Assembly: GCA_951406725.2 (NCBI GenBank)
Contig: OX597823.1
Span: forward strand, 7,874,001 to 7,938,000
Direction of reading: 5' to 3'
DNA from: Octopus vulgaris
Lineage: Eukaryota
DNA length: 64,000 nucleotides
The notes beneath the pieces were generated by a model. The model was not told the DNA's origin and ran no database searches. It saw nothing but the letters and a program-made list of their open reading frames with translations. Positions 41,087 to 53,194 of this stretch are shown here, piece by piece (position 1 is the stretch's first letter; each line of letters opens with the position of its first letter). A program made the translations under genes and the position numbers.

Positions 41087-42668
41087 TCTTTATATATATA
41101 AAACTGAGAATGTGTGTCTGTCTGTCTGTGCGTTTCCCTAAAACTTGAGAACTACACAACCAATTCCATTCAAATTTTACACAAGCCTTACTTAGGGTCC
41201 ATGTAGTTTCATGGGCAAAAAAAATGTTCAACTTCTTGCCTAGAGCGAGCCCATAGCAATATCATATCTTCTCCACTACGATTCCCTAAAACTTGAGAAC
41301 TACACAACCAATTCCATTCAAATTTTACACATGCCTTACTTAGGGTCCATGTAGGTTCATGGGCAAAACAAATGTTCAACTTCTGGCCTAGAGCGAGCCC
41401 ATAGCAATATCATATCTTCTCCACTATTTCAGTATTACATGTTAAAAGGGAAACAAAAACGTTTCTCTATTTTATGTCAGATACTTTCACTTTAACAATA
41501 AAAATAATAGTAACAATTGAATTATATGTAGTAAGTAATAATTAAAATCAAACTAAAGTAACATGACAAAAGTAAAATAGCAATTGATATAAAATTGCAT
41601 CAATGACTTGAACTTGAATAAGTTGTTTCACATGAATGGGAATAAATTAAAAATAAAATTAGCGTGCAGAAATGGAATAGTCCAGATGGATAAAAAAAAA
41701 TTAAATTAAAGAAAAGACTATTGTCTATAAAGTATACAATGTAGAGAAAAAGATTTGAACACCTGGAGGAAAGCACCATCGAAAAGTGTCTTGGTGCGAC
41801 TATGAAAGGTAGCTAATCAGAGGCGGTAAATTCGCCAGAATAGAAGCAAGGTTCGAGTCAACAGAGCGTTCAAAGGAGTACTCGACTTGAACTTGTGAAG
41901 TGTAAATATTCTATTTATACCTTTACATCTGGGACGTAGGACGTCCCGGAAAAAAAATTTTAATGGCTCCCCCCCCCCCCGAAGTAGAGGTAGGCTGGAT
42001 TGTAGCCACACTTCTGTACAAGAGGGAGGACAAGATACAATTGATCGAAATTACAAGAGACGGGCTAGCAATTCCAGTCTGTTATATATTTTGAGTATTG
42101 TTATCACTAGCAATATCAAGATATAACCTTGTATTTTGTATTTTATATGTAGATGTATATATATAGATGTACATGTAATAGATGTACAGGCGCAGGAGTG
42201 GCTGTGTGGTAAGTAGCTTGCTAACCAACCACATGGTTCCTGGTTCAGTCCCACTGCGTGGCACCTTGGGCAAGTGTCTTCTGCTATAGCCCCGGGCCGA
42301 CCAATGCCTTGTGAATGGATTTGGTAGACGGAAACTGAAAGAAGCCTGTCGTATATATGTATATATATATATGTGTGTTTGTTTGTGTGTCTGTGTTTGT
42401 CCCCCTAGCATTGCTTGACAACCGATGCTGGTGTGTTTATGTCCCCGTTACTTAGCGGTTCGGCAGAAGAGACCGATAGAATAAGTACTGGGCTTACAAA
42501 AAGAATTAGTCCCGGGGTCGAGTTGCTCGATTAAAGGCGGTGCTCCAGCATGGCCACAGTCAAATGACTGAAACAAGTAAAAAAAAAAAAAAGTAAAAAA
42601 AAGTAATATGTACACATATATACATGCACTAGCACTATGACCCGGCAACGACGGGTCTTTAATGCTAG
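41087..42668 (+). mobile_element. Non-autonomous Helitron family H, copy 4 (complete A|TC 5' end, ~150 bp internal duplication, SINE insertion)
   Basis: Begins TCTTTATATATATAAAACTGAGAATG, ends with the hairpin plus CTAG at 42665-42668; about 41135-41280 is repeated at about 41282-41427. Confidence 0.85.
42188..42602 (+). mobile_element. SINE family A nested in Helitron H copy 4
   Basis: Same insertion site as in copy 1. Confidence 0.85.
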
Positions 42669-42917
42669 TATATATATAAGACTGAGAATGTGTGTCTGTC
42701 TGTCTGAGAACTACACAACCAATTTCATTCAAATATATATATATACATAGTCACAATGAGGTTATTTAAACCTCTTATATGGATATGTTTATCCAAGATA
42801 CACTGCATACACATATACATAAAGAGACAGGTACACAAAGAAGGACAAATGTGATATATTAAATGTTCAGGTACATAGTGCTAATGAAATAATATGAAAA
42901 AGGGTAATCCAACTTAC

Positions 42918-42989
42918 AAACTATTCAAAGTGGGAAGATCCCTGATTGCCCCTTCTTTAATAAACGATATTGTATTATGTTCCAGAGAT
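42918..42989 (-). CDS. LRR exon 4 (L)SLEHNTISFIKEGAIRDLPTLNS
   Basis: 72 nt, intact splice sites, tandem-duplicated copy. Confidence 0.82.
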
Positions 42990-43504
42990 CTATAGCAAAG
43001 AAAGAGATCATAAGAATGTTAGCAAAAGATATTAAACATTAGGCTTAAATAATTAATTCTAAGCCGAATGATTGCTTAATAGTGATTGATTAATAGGAAA
43101 AATGAAGTCATGCTGACAATTAATAATTCCAAATTGCATATATATTCATAAAAGCATAACGTCATTTATTCTGAAGGTGTCATCGTAGCTGTTATCCATT
43201 TTCTGTTAAATTGAAAAATGACTTGTCATTTGTTGTGATGTGTTATTCTTGTTTCCATTGTTAAACATGAATTTTCCAATTTGAATGAAATTATTTTTCT
43301 GCCCTAGTTGTTGATTTTCTTATGCTATTCTTTGTCTTAATTAATTTTCATATTAATGTAACTGTTGTTGTATTGTTGCACTTCTTGTTTAGTTTAATCT
43401 CGAGTGTGTGATTGAATCAGATGTTTTATGACTGGTTATTAAAATAAGAAATATTGGCCTCATACTCTAAAACATATATGTGTGTCCTTATAAATGACAT
43501 ATTC

Positions 43505-43591
<87 letters not shown>

Positions 43592-43594
<3 letters not shown>

Positions 43595-43895
43595 TCATCA
43601 TCATCATCATCATCGTCGTTTAACGTCCGTTCTCCATGCTAGCATGGGTTGGACGGTTCGACCGGGGTTCTGGGAAGCCAGAAGGCTGCACCAGGCTCCA
43701 GTCTAATCTGGCAATGTTTCTACAGCTGGATGCCCTTCCTAACGCCAACCACTCCGTGAGTGTAGTGGGTGCTTTTTACGTGCCACCTGCACAGGTGCCA
43801 GGCGGGGCTGGCAACGGCCACGGTCAGATTGGTGTATTTTATGTGCCACCGGCACGGAAGCCAGTTGAGGTGGTGCTGGCATCGGCCACGAGTCG
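43592..43895 (-). mobile_element. RTE-tail short repeat
   Basis: Same family; further partial copies at about 26812-26980 (-), 31651-31805 (-) and 48480-48740 (+). Confidence 0.8.
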
Positions 43896-44318
43896 GATAA
43901 TATATACATATACATATATATATATCAAAGCACTTTATTTCACGTTGCTCCAGTTCACTCAGCTGTAGAAATGAGTTGCGACGTCACTGGTGCCAAGCTG
44001 TATCGACCTTTGTCTTTCCTTTGGATAACACTGGTGGCATGGAGAGGGGAGGCTGGTATGCATGGGCGACTGCTGGTCTTCCATAAACAACCTTGCCCGG
44101 ACTTGTGTCTAGGAGGGTAACTTTCTAGGTGCAATCCCATGGTCATTCATGACCGAAGGGGGTCTTTACCTTTATATATATGTATGTATTTATATAGTCG
44201 CAATGAGGCTATTTAAACCTCACATACACATATACATAAAGAAGGACAAATGCGAAACATTAAATGTTTAGGTACATAGTGCCAATGAAATAATATGAAA
44301 AACAGTAACTCAACTTAC

Positions 44319-44390
44319 AAAGTCTTCAAAGTGGGAAGATCCCTGATTGCCCCTTCTATAATAAACGATATATTATTATGTTCCAGAGAT
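44319..44390 (-). CDS. LRR exon 3 (L)SLEHNNISFIIEGAIRDLPTLKT; most diverged copy of the duplicated exon
   Basis: 72 nt, TAG acceptor, GTAAGT donor, phase 2/2, typical extracellular LRR. Confidence 0.88.
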
Positions 44391-44559
44391 CTATAGCAAA
44401 GAAAAAGATCATAAGAATTTGAGCAAAATCTGTGATAAGACTTAAATATTAGGCTTAAACAATTAAAATTTTTAAAGCAATTGCTTCATAAGGAATATAA
44501 AGTTGAGGTGGCTAATTATGGAGATAAAAGCAATTAGTATATATCTTTGTTGACAAAAG

Positions 44560-44860
44560 ATGACATGATCCTGCTTTCCCATCTTCCCTATTCACCTGAT
44601 CTTGCTTCCAGGAGAAAGTCCGGGATGGAAAACGTTTTGCAGATGTGGAGGAGGGGATTAAATTTAAAAAAAAAACAGAAATTGAAGTGTTAAAAGGCAT
44701 CACTTTACAAGAGCTACAGAACTGCTTCGAACAGTGGTAAATGTGTCCGGACCAATGCATTGCTTCAACTGGAGAATAGTTGGAAGGTTATAAAAGTGTA
44801 AACATGTAAAATTAAGTGAATAAAATAATATTGCAAAATTCTGCTTTTTTTCAGGTAGCC
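44560..44860 (+). mobile_element. Mariner transposase C-terminal fragment
   Basis: YSPDLA and GKRFADVEE...QNCFEQW...CIASTGE.LEG remnants. Confidence 0.65.
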
Positions 44861-45076
44861 ATTTTACATTCCTTTTATATTTCTATATTTATACATATAT
44901 ATAATTCCTTTTATATCCCCTTGATATTGTTTACATATTTTTATTTTATTTATATTTAAAAATGAATATTTCATATTCAAAATTTTCTCTTTGTGTGTGT
45001 TTGTGTGTGTCTATGTGTGTGTGTGGATGCATGCATGTGTGTGCATGTTTATGTGTATATATGAAAGCTATGTGTG

Positions 45077-45483
45077 TAGGAGTGGCTGTGTGGTAAGTAG
45101 CTTGCTAACCAACCACATGGTTCCGGGTTCAGTCCCACTGCGTGGCATCTTGGGCAAGTGTCTTCTGCTATAGCCCCAGGCCGACCAATGCCTTGTGAGT
45201 GGATTTGGTAGATGGAAACTGAAGGAAGCCTGTCGTATATATGTATATATATATATATGTGTGTGTGTTTGTGTGTCTGTGTTTGTCCCCTTAGCATTGC
45301 TTGACAACCGATGCTGGTGTGTTTACGTCCCCGTCACTTAGCGGTTCGGCAAAAGAGACCGATAGAATAAGTACTGGACTTACAAAGAATAAGTCTCGGG
45401 GTCGAGTTGCTCGACTAAAGGTGGTGCTCCAGCATGGCCATAGTCAAATGACTGAAACAAGCAAAAGAGCAAAAGAGTAAGAG
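45077..45483 (+). mobile_element. SINE family A
   Basis: Homology to the other copies. Confidence 0.85.
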
Positions 45484-45636
45484 TATATTAGTTGTGCTAA
45501 CCTCATGAAGGGATGGTTTCACCCAAAGAAATACTGGTTCAAAACCTAGTATTTTGGGGGAATTAAAATAATAGGTATATATATAAAAATATATAGCTTA
45601 TTTTCAAATAAAATAAATATAAAAATATATATATAT

Positions 45637-46042
45637 AGGCGCAGGAGTGGCTGTGTGGTAAGTAGCTTGCTAACCAACCACATGGTTCCGGGTTCAGTCC
45701 CACTGCGTGGCATCTTGGGCAAGTGTCTTCTGCTATAGCCCCGGGCTGACCAATGCCTTGTGAGTGGATTTGGTAGACGGAAACTGAAAGAAGCCTGTCG
45801 TATATATGTATATATATATCTATATATATGTATGTGTGTGTGTTTGTGTGTCTGTGTTTGTCCCCCTAGCATTGCTTGACAACCGATGCTGGTGTGTTTA
45901 TGTCCCTGTCACTTAGCAGTTCGGCAAAAAGAGACCGGTAGAATAAGTACTGGGCTTACAAAGAATAAGTCCCGGGGTTGACTAAAGGCGGTGCTCCAGC
46001 ACGGCTGCAGTCAAATGACTGAAACAAGTGAAAGAGAAAAAA
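45637..46042 (+). mobile_element. SINE family A
   Basis: Homology to the other copies. Confidence 0.85.
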
Positions 46043-46762
46043 ATATTTATGTATATCTACGTATATACATGTATATGTATATATGTATATGCGTGTATGC
46101 GTGTATATAAATATATGCATTCATGAGTCTGTGTTTGTATACATATATATATTTTTCAGATAAAAGAAATATAAATATAACTATACAAATTTATGTATAT
46201 GTATGTATATACGTGTGTATGTGTATGTGTATATATATATGTACAGGTACATATATGAATATGTGTGTGTATATATGTACATATATATATATATATACAC
46301 ACACACACATATATATAATAAATTAAATTATTTGCCTTAAAAAAACTGCCTTCTCATATTCCATTACACATGCTTCTCAAAAGCTCTTTTACTGGACCTT
46401 TCCACAGACACTTTCATACTATAAATTAGTAACCACACTCACTAAACACTCTTCAAATATTCATTCTTCATAGAATCAAAGGTTTTTTAATGTCTTTCAT
46501 CACTGCATGATGAAGCATTCGCAGCCAGATTCCTTACAAATTGTACAATACTTTCTTAAAATACGTAAGAACAAACCAGATCTTTGAATCCTGAATGTAC
46601 AATTTGGTAGAAGTGTCACAGCCAGAAAACCTTTCTCGTTGGTGTATGACGAACGCTGATCTTAGGTACACAACTTAACAAATGCAAAGGACACAAATGT
46701 GCACTCATTTGTATATACTCAAACACAATCACACACACACACACACAAAATATAATGATAAA

Positions 46763-48046
46763 TCAGGTCATCCCATAAGTTCTGTCCGATTTTATCTTTT
46801 TTAAAATTGAACGAAATTTAATAGTATTTTAGACTGTCTGATGGAATTAAAAATTATTTTTATGCATTTGTGTACATTTAAACTAATTAAATATTATTTT
46901 ACAGAATAATAGAATTAAAATTTCTTTGATTAAAACCCTTTCTAACGTGGAAGTATCCAAAGAACATATTTAAGGCACATAATGCTTTTTGAGTACAAAA
47001 AATGGAAACTCCGCAGCTGAAGCGACTTGAAACATACACTCAGTTTATAGGAAAGAACGCTTGAATGAAAGAACTTGCAGAAGATGGTTTGCAAAATTCA
47101 GAAGTGGAGATTTCAGCCTTGAAGATGAAGATCAAACAGGACGTCCAGTTGAGTTTGATGATAAGCTCCTTGGGGCATTACTTGAAGAAAATCCTGCATT
47201 ATCAGTTGAAGAATTGGCAATAAAGTTTAGTTCAAACCATACAACTGTTTGTAGTCATCTTCAACAACTTGGAAAGGTTCCTAAACTTGGAAAATGGATG
47301 ACTCATGAATTGTCCGAAAGCAACTGCAAATCCCGAGTTGACATCTGCTCTTCTCTCCAGTCTCGCAAACTTATTTCACCCTTTTTGGATAGACTTGTGA
47401 TGAAAAATGGATCTTCTATCGAAATGTTAAATGTCGTAAACAGTGGCTTGGTAAAAGGGGGAAAAGCTCAGCCACAACTGAGAAGGGAACTTCATGGTAA
47501 AAAGGTTCTTCTCTGTATCTGGTGTGATTACAAAGGAGTAATTCACTTTGAATTGTTACCACCTAATGCAACAATCAATTCTCAAGTCTACTGTCAGCAA
47601 ATTGAGCGTTTGAAACAAGCTTTAAAGAAAAAAAGACCCACTTTAGTGAATCGAAAAGAGTGATGTTTCATCAGGACAATGTGCAACCCCACACCACAAA
47701 GATCACATCACAGAAGATCGAAGAGCTTGGTTGGAAAAAAATTCCTCATCCACCTTATTCTCCCAACGTTGCTCCTTCAGACTACCATTTGTTTTGTAGT
47801 TTACAGAATCATTTGGGGGACATAACTTTCGAAAGTCAGGAGGGGGTCGATTCTGATATTTCAGAGTTCTTTGCTTTGAAACCAAAAGAGTTTTATATTG
47901 ATGGGATTAAAAAGCTTGTAAATAGATGGAAGGAAGTCATAGATAATCAAGGAAAGTACATTGATGACTAAATTTCAATTAAATATAACATTTTATCACT
48001 TGTTTTCTTTATTCAAAATTTGGACAGAACTTATGGAATGACTTGA
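46763..48046 (+). mobile_element. Mariner DNA transposon, full length, frameshifted transposase
   Basis: TIRs TCAGGTCATCCCATAAGTTCTGTCC / GGACAGAACTTATGGAATGACTTGA followed by TA; motifs WFAKFRSGDFSLEDE, WMTHEL, FHQDNVQPH and HPPYSPNVAPSDYHLF. Confidence 0.93.
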
Positions 48047-48176
48047 TAGAATGATTGACAAATAGAGACAAATAGATAAAGAAAGTGAGACAGTGAGGTC
48101 TGCAGAAAGAGAAGCAGAGTATATTTAATATTTACATTGTTAATGAAATTATATCACAAATTGTAATCCAACTTAC

Positions 48177-48248
48177 AATTCTTTTAAATTCAGAAGGGTT
48201 CTGATTGACCAAAGTTGAAAAAAGGCGAAGTCATTATAAGTCAGGTTC
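48177..48248 (-). CDS. LRR exon 2 (L)NLTYNDFAFFQLWSIRTLLNLKE
   Basis: 72 nt, AG...GTAAGT, phase 2/2, matches the LxxLxLxxN register. Confidence 0.88.
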
Positions 48249-49442
48249 CTATAATAAAGAAAATAATTGTTTAAAATTGTTTAGAACAGATCATCAATAA
48301 AATATTAGATATTAGATTAAAAGAATTAGTTGATTTTTAAAGTAGATGTTTAATGAAAATAGGAAACCTTGATGGACATAGTATTATAATAGAGTAAGGC
48401 ACATGCTGTCAAGCTAAGTAAAATCGCTGTCATCCGTACATAAAAGCTAAGTAAGATCACTGTCAACCATACATACAGGCTTGTCCTGTACAGGTGCTGG
48501 TACCACATAAAATGTACTCATGCCAGTGTTGCGTAAACACACCTGTGCTGGTGGCATGTAAAAAGCCCTAAGCACACTCTATAAAGTAGTTGGTGTTAGG
48601 AAGGGCACCCAACCATAGAAACGATGCCACAACAGACAATTGGAGTCTGGACAGTTCTTGGGCTGGCCTACTTCTGTCAAACTGTCCAACCCATGCCAGC
48701 ATGGAAAATGGATGTTAAACAATGATGATGATGATGATGTCGATGTGGTTAAAACTGCAGCAAACTTAACGTTTTAACTAAAAGGAATAAGTACAATTTC
48801 ATTTCAATGTGAATGTATCTTTGTAAAGTCTCAAAGGCTTCAAAGTGGCTGTCGACCATTTTCTTTCAAATAGAATAATTAACTCTAATTTACTATGCTG
48901 TCTATATCCTGTCACCATTTCTAAAGTTGATCACTTCTTTGTCACTACCATTTCTTGAGAGCCACAAATGAATTGTCATGTAATGAGTTCTTGAATTATT
49001 TTCCTGGTGTGTCATTTCTATTATTTTTGTGCTATATTTCTGAACTTGTCTGACATCAAAATGAAACAAGAATTATATGGATGAATACTGTTCTTAGTCT
49101 ACGCAACATAACAAATACATTGGACATAAAGGGTGCGTTTATTTGGATAAACATGTACATACTCACATGCAGTCACAGATACAGACTCATACACACAGAC
49201 ACATAAGCTATAGAGATATAGAAAGATTGACAATTAGAGATGATATAAAGAGTGACTTAAACAGTAACAGTGAAGCAATCTCATTTTTAAAAGGGGCAGA
49301 TGATAAAAAATTCATTAATATTCATAGGGGCTGATATTTGTCGGTTTGAAATCCGCTATTTTAAATGACAATATAACCAATATGAATAAAATTTAGAAAA
49401 ATTATGTATGTAATAAATATTTTGAAATTGTTTAAAACTTAC

Positions 49443-49642
49443 AATTTTGTCACATTCATTGGAAATGAGCTGGGCCATGGCTTTTTACATTCCATATCAG
49501 TCTGAAACTGATCACATGTGCATGAGGTGTAACATTTAGTTGTCATTGACTGGTCAACATATATTAAGATTAACAAAATCATTAACATAAATTTGATTTT
49601 GATAGAATCAAAAGAAAATCTTGATTTACTATTGTAGGTCAT
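49443..49642 (-). CDS. LRR-LU gene coding exon 1: signal peptide + LRR N-terminal cap (MTYN...MLMILLILIYVDQS...KCYTSCTCDQFQTDMECKKPWPSSFPMNVTK)
   Basis: Hydrophobic leader and a CxxxCxC...C LRRNT pattern. Ends in phase 2 at a GTAAGT donor (cttac at 49438-49442 on +). A polypyrimidine/CAG acceptor at 49750-49751 implies the exon extends to 49749 as 5'UTR. Confidence 0.88.
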
Positions 49643-50901
49643 ATTCTAAAAAGAAATATTTCACCACTGAACACGAACGTTAGGCGTCGAGAATCTCTTA
49701 CTAAGCCGACAAAAGTTCCGTTTTCAAGATCAGTCACATGTAAAATAATCTGTAAGAGAAGAAAATGCAAAATAACAGAAGCTTATATTTTATTTACTTC
49801 ACATTACTGACTCATTGTTCTAAGTAGAAATTGGATCTTAGGACTCAATTACTTTCCATTAGATTTTTAGAATTACGAAACTGGATGTCACTGTAACAAT
49901 ATACAATACATTAATAGATATCCTTCTAATTAGTGATAATGTTGATTGAAAGCCTAAGATAAATCGCTTTAACTCACACACACACATCTAAACGGTAGAT
50001 GCTGGGTTCTGCAACTTGGTATCTTTACTTTGATCTTGAGCCAAACATTGATTATGTATGAGATGTTTTATGGTGCTGACTGATGATCTTGTGTAGGTCT
50101 ATGCTTTCTGCTGCGGGTAGTGAGTCCTGCTTTGGTGTGTGCTACGAATCCACAATCATCACAAATAAAGACATTTGAAGAGAACTTAATCACAATGTTT
50201 CTATCTACTCATTTCAAACTATTTCAGACTAGTGAAATACGATGTTCTTACATTTTACTTTTCAGTAAGATTCTCATCAACAGTTAAATTCAATATTACA
50301 GTGCTTGAAATTATCCTTAAGCATTGTTATAAACCCAAACTCGAATATCAAAGTTTAAAAGGTTTTAATTGACTAAAAATACAGCAATATACAATACAAA
50401 GATTGCTAAATTGTAAGCAAAACCAAACTTCAACGCAATAACATTTTTATGCAGTGAGTTGCTACATTCTAGACAAACTAAAATCAACGCTGAACACGTC
50501 ATCTGAAAACAGAACAGAACTCAAGAGGGACGATATACAGGACTTTCTTTATTCCAAAGCAAACCATACATCTTTCATCTGAACAGAGTACCCTGCCTAT
50601 CTCAACTGAATTAATATGCATATATAAGTAAAGCAGGTGTCAACATGCCAAGAAATTTCAATGAATTAAAATTAGTGATGCGGACAACTATTATCTGAAT
50701 TCTAGTCATACGTGTGTTTGTGTGTATGTTTAGAAGGATAAATGGTATTCCATCTAACGTGACTTCGCTCAGAAGGCTGTAATGTCATTGTGGTAGGAAC
50801 CCGGTAAAGAAATACATGGAGCAAAGATGATAACTTTAAATACGTTTATTGTAGTCACACGTATATATATACACTAGCTGAATGTAAGTGGTTGATGTAC
50901 A

Positions 50902-51291
50902 TCTTTATATATAAAAAAGAGGTTGTGTGCTGTCTGTCTCCTACGATTTAGATTCCTAACTACTCCCACATTTTGCGGTGCAGTTTAACCAAAACCGGGT
51001 ATCTTATAGTCGTGATTCATATCGAGCCCTTCGAGCGCGTCTATGATGAGTCTACGATTTTTAAAAAAATTTACCATCAATTTTCCCCATTTTTAATGCA
51101 TTTTTGGCATATATAAGGGAAGGAACTCTCTAAAAATTTATTATTAAATCTCAGAACGTAAAAAGCTACAGTAACTCCCCACCCCCTTTGTGGTTAGCCA
51201 TATTGAGATGGCTATTATACTTTACATCTCTAAAAATGCTTATATAGTTATTTCCCTTACAAATCCGAGCAACGCCGGGCGATACTGCTAG
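50902..51291 (+). mobile_element. Non-autonomous Helitron family 2
   Basis: A|TC start, CCGAGCAACGCCGGG hairpin, CTAG|T end; homologous to 27718-28121. Confidence 0.85.
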
Positions 51292-52104
51292 TTTATTCAT
51301 ATATCTACATGCATCTGTGTGGGTTGTATGTTAGCTGTTAACACTGGTGAGGAAAGCTCACGAACAGCGATATGTTAGAACCAGTGCAATGTGTTGGAGC
51401 TGTGTAAGTATTGTTGACGACGTTGGTGAGAGACATGATGGTGGTGACGAAGATGGAGGTTGCTGTAATGTTGTCAGTGGTTAGACCTTAGAAGGTCGGG
51501 AACCAACAGTATTTCCTTATTTTAGCGCTCAGGCTCATACACAAGGACAGACAGGACGGACACTACAGTGGGGACAAAACACAGAATGAACGAATGGAGG
51601 GTGAATGTATCATTTAAATCTGTTTTACAGTCATAGAATTTCAAACATTTTTCTCCTTTTCGTTTTTCTTTTCCTCACCATTTTATGTAAGGTATTAAGT
51701 TCCTGTAATCTATTACTGGCGGAAAGTCATCGAACTCCACGCGCACTCCCATTGAGTCTTTCTTGTTTCCAAACAATTCGCCCCGCCTCTCACACCTCTC
51801 GTTGTCAATTACAAATGCCTTGGTACTCTCAGGATAAAATTCTGTTTTAGCTTCACTCTTATTACCGTCTTCATTTTTGTTATTTTCTTTTCGATTTCCG
51901 TACTTTTCACATATGTCACCAAATACCATTTATTTTTCCATTCTTTCTTAGTTACTTTTTCCTTCAGTCCCACTTGATTTTCCACGTTGGTTTCCCTTGC
52001 TGATGTTGTTGTACTCTGCTGCTGTGTCTCTTCCTTTTTATTTTCCTTCCTTTTCTTTAACGGACGCTTTGGCGGTGAGTCCACGCCTTCCTTCCTTTTC
52101 TTTT

Positions 52105-52540
52105 GGATCTTTTCGGTTTGAACGGCAGTTTGTTTCTAGCGGTGTCATATGAAATAATCACCCATAATTATGACACTAGTATCGATCTATTGCATTTCAA
52201 TCTGTTTTAGGGTTAGGGTTAGTTAGGGTTAGGATTAGGGGTGGGGGGAAGGGTATCTTTTTTTTTCTTCACAAATGTGAATAAACCCAATCTGTTTCTT
52301 AAACAAGGGACATATTCATACGGCACATAATGTTTTTTACCTCAATAGACGTCAGTGATTGGTTGAAATTGCAGAAATTGAAGAAAAACAACAACAAATA
52401 TCTTACAAACTATAGAATTTTCTCAATAAAGCCAAGAGAAAAAGATGTTTTATAAACTCATTCTACCAGTATACGAAGTTTAAAATTTTTTAGTTACCTA
52501 GAAATTATGTTAAAAACTGCCGTTCAAACCAAAAAGATTC
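52105..52540. mobile_element. MITE-like element with ~27 bp TIRs and internal TTAGGG-like repeats
   Basis: GGATCTTTTCGGTTTGAACGGCAGTTT ... AAACTGCCGTTCAAACCAAAAAGATTC, flanked by T runs. Confidence 0.75.
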
Positions 52541-53194
52541 TTTCATTTTTCTATTTACTACCGTATAATCCTCCACCACCTTCTTCAGACACTTCTCATT
52601 TACTGGGTCCGTTACTTCGTCACTCTGCTCCCGCTCGGTACCCTGCTGCTTCTATTCTTCTATACTTTTCTTGTCTTTCTGGGGACACCTTGCTCTCATG
52701 TGTCCTCTTTCTCCACACTGGTAACAAGTTGGAGGTCTTCCCTCCACCACTATTCTTACTCTCGCATCTTCCGGTAGCACTATCTCTTCTGCTATTTTGT
52801 GCAGGTCTTGTAAACTGACTTGGATAGCGCCGCTTCAAGGTTGTATCTCCACTAGTTTACCTCTTTCGTCCTTGTTATTTTTAAAACTTTTGCGTCTTCT
52901 TCCATATTATACATAATTGCTACTACCAGCCACGCTTCCTCAATCTCCGGGGCACTCTACCAATCCTTACCCTGGCCACTCGTTTGCCACAGTAAGTCGT
53001 CAGAAGCACCCATTCCACTGTTCTTATTGGCTCAGTGGCGTGGTTTTTCGCGTCTTCTTCTTTACCAAACCTTACTTTCACCGTTCCGTACTTCTTTCCA
53101 CATGTATAAAATGTGGTAAGCCTCTTTATTCCCTTGAGACACTCCTCTATTGTCTCTATTGGGGCTACTTCTGTCTTTTTAGAGGATAATGTTT

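Larger units (their letters stand above)
34431..43500. repeat. Tandem segmental array of intron+LRR-exon blocks separated by non-autonomous Helitrons
   Basis: Near-identical ~0.77 kb exon-bearing block at about 34431, 36777, 39100 and 42746; exon spacings are 2346, 2323 and 3646 nt. Confidence 0.95.

Noticed and set aside
34431-43500. CRISPR-like or bacterial repeat array
   Set aside because: Units are kilobase-scale segmental duplicates in eukaryotic intron DNA, with no repeat-spacer structure or cas genes.
52207-52248. True telomere or chromosome fusion site
   Set aside because: Only a few degenerate units, enclosed within a TIR element.
51500-53190. Lys/Glu-rich minus-strand ORF pieces as a host gene
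   Set aside because: Fragmented by stops, with no splice structure or recognisable domain; likely a decayed TE ORF that I cannot classify.
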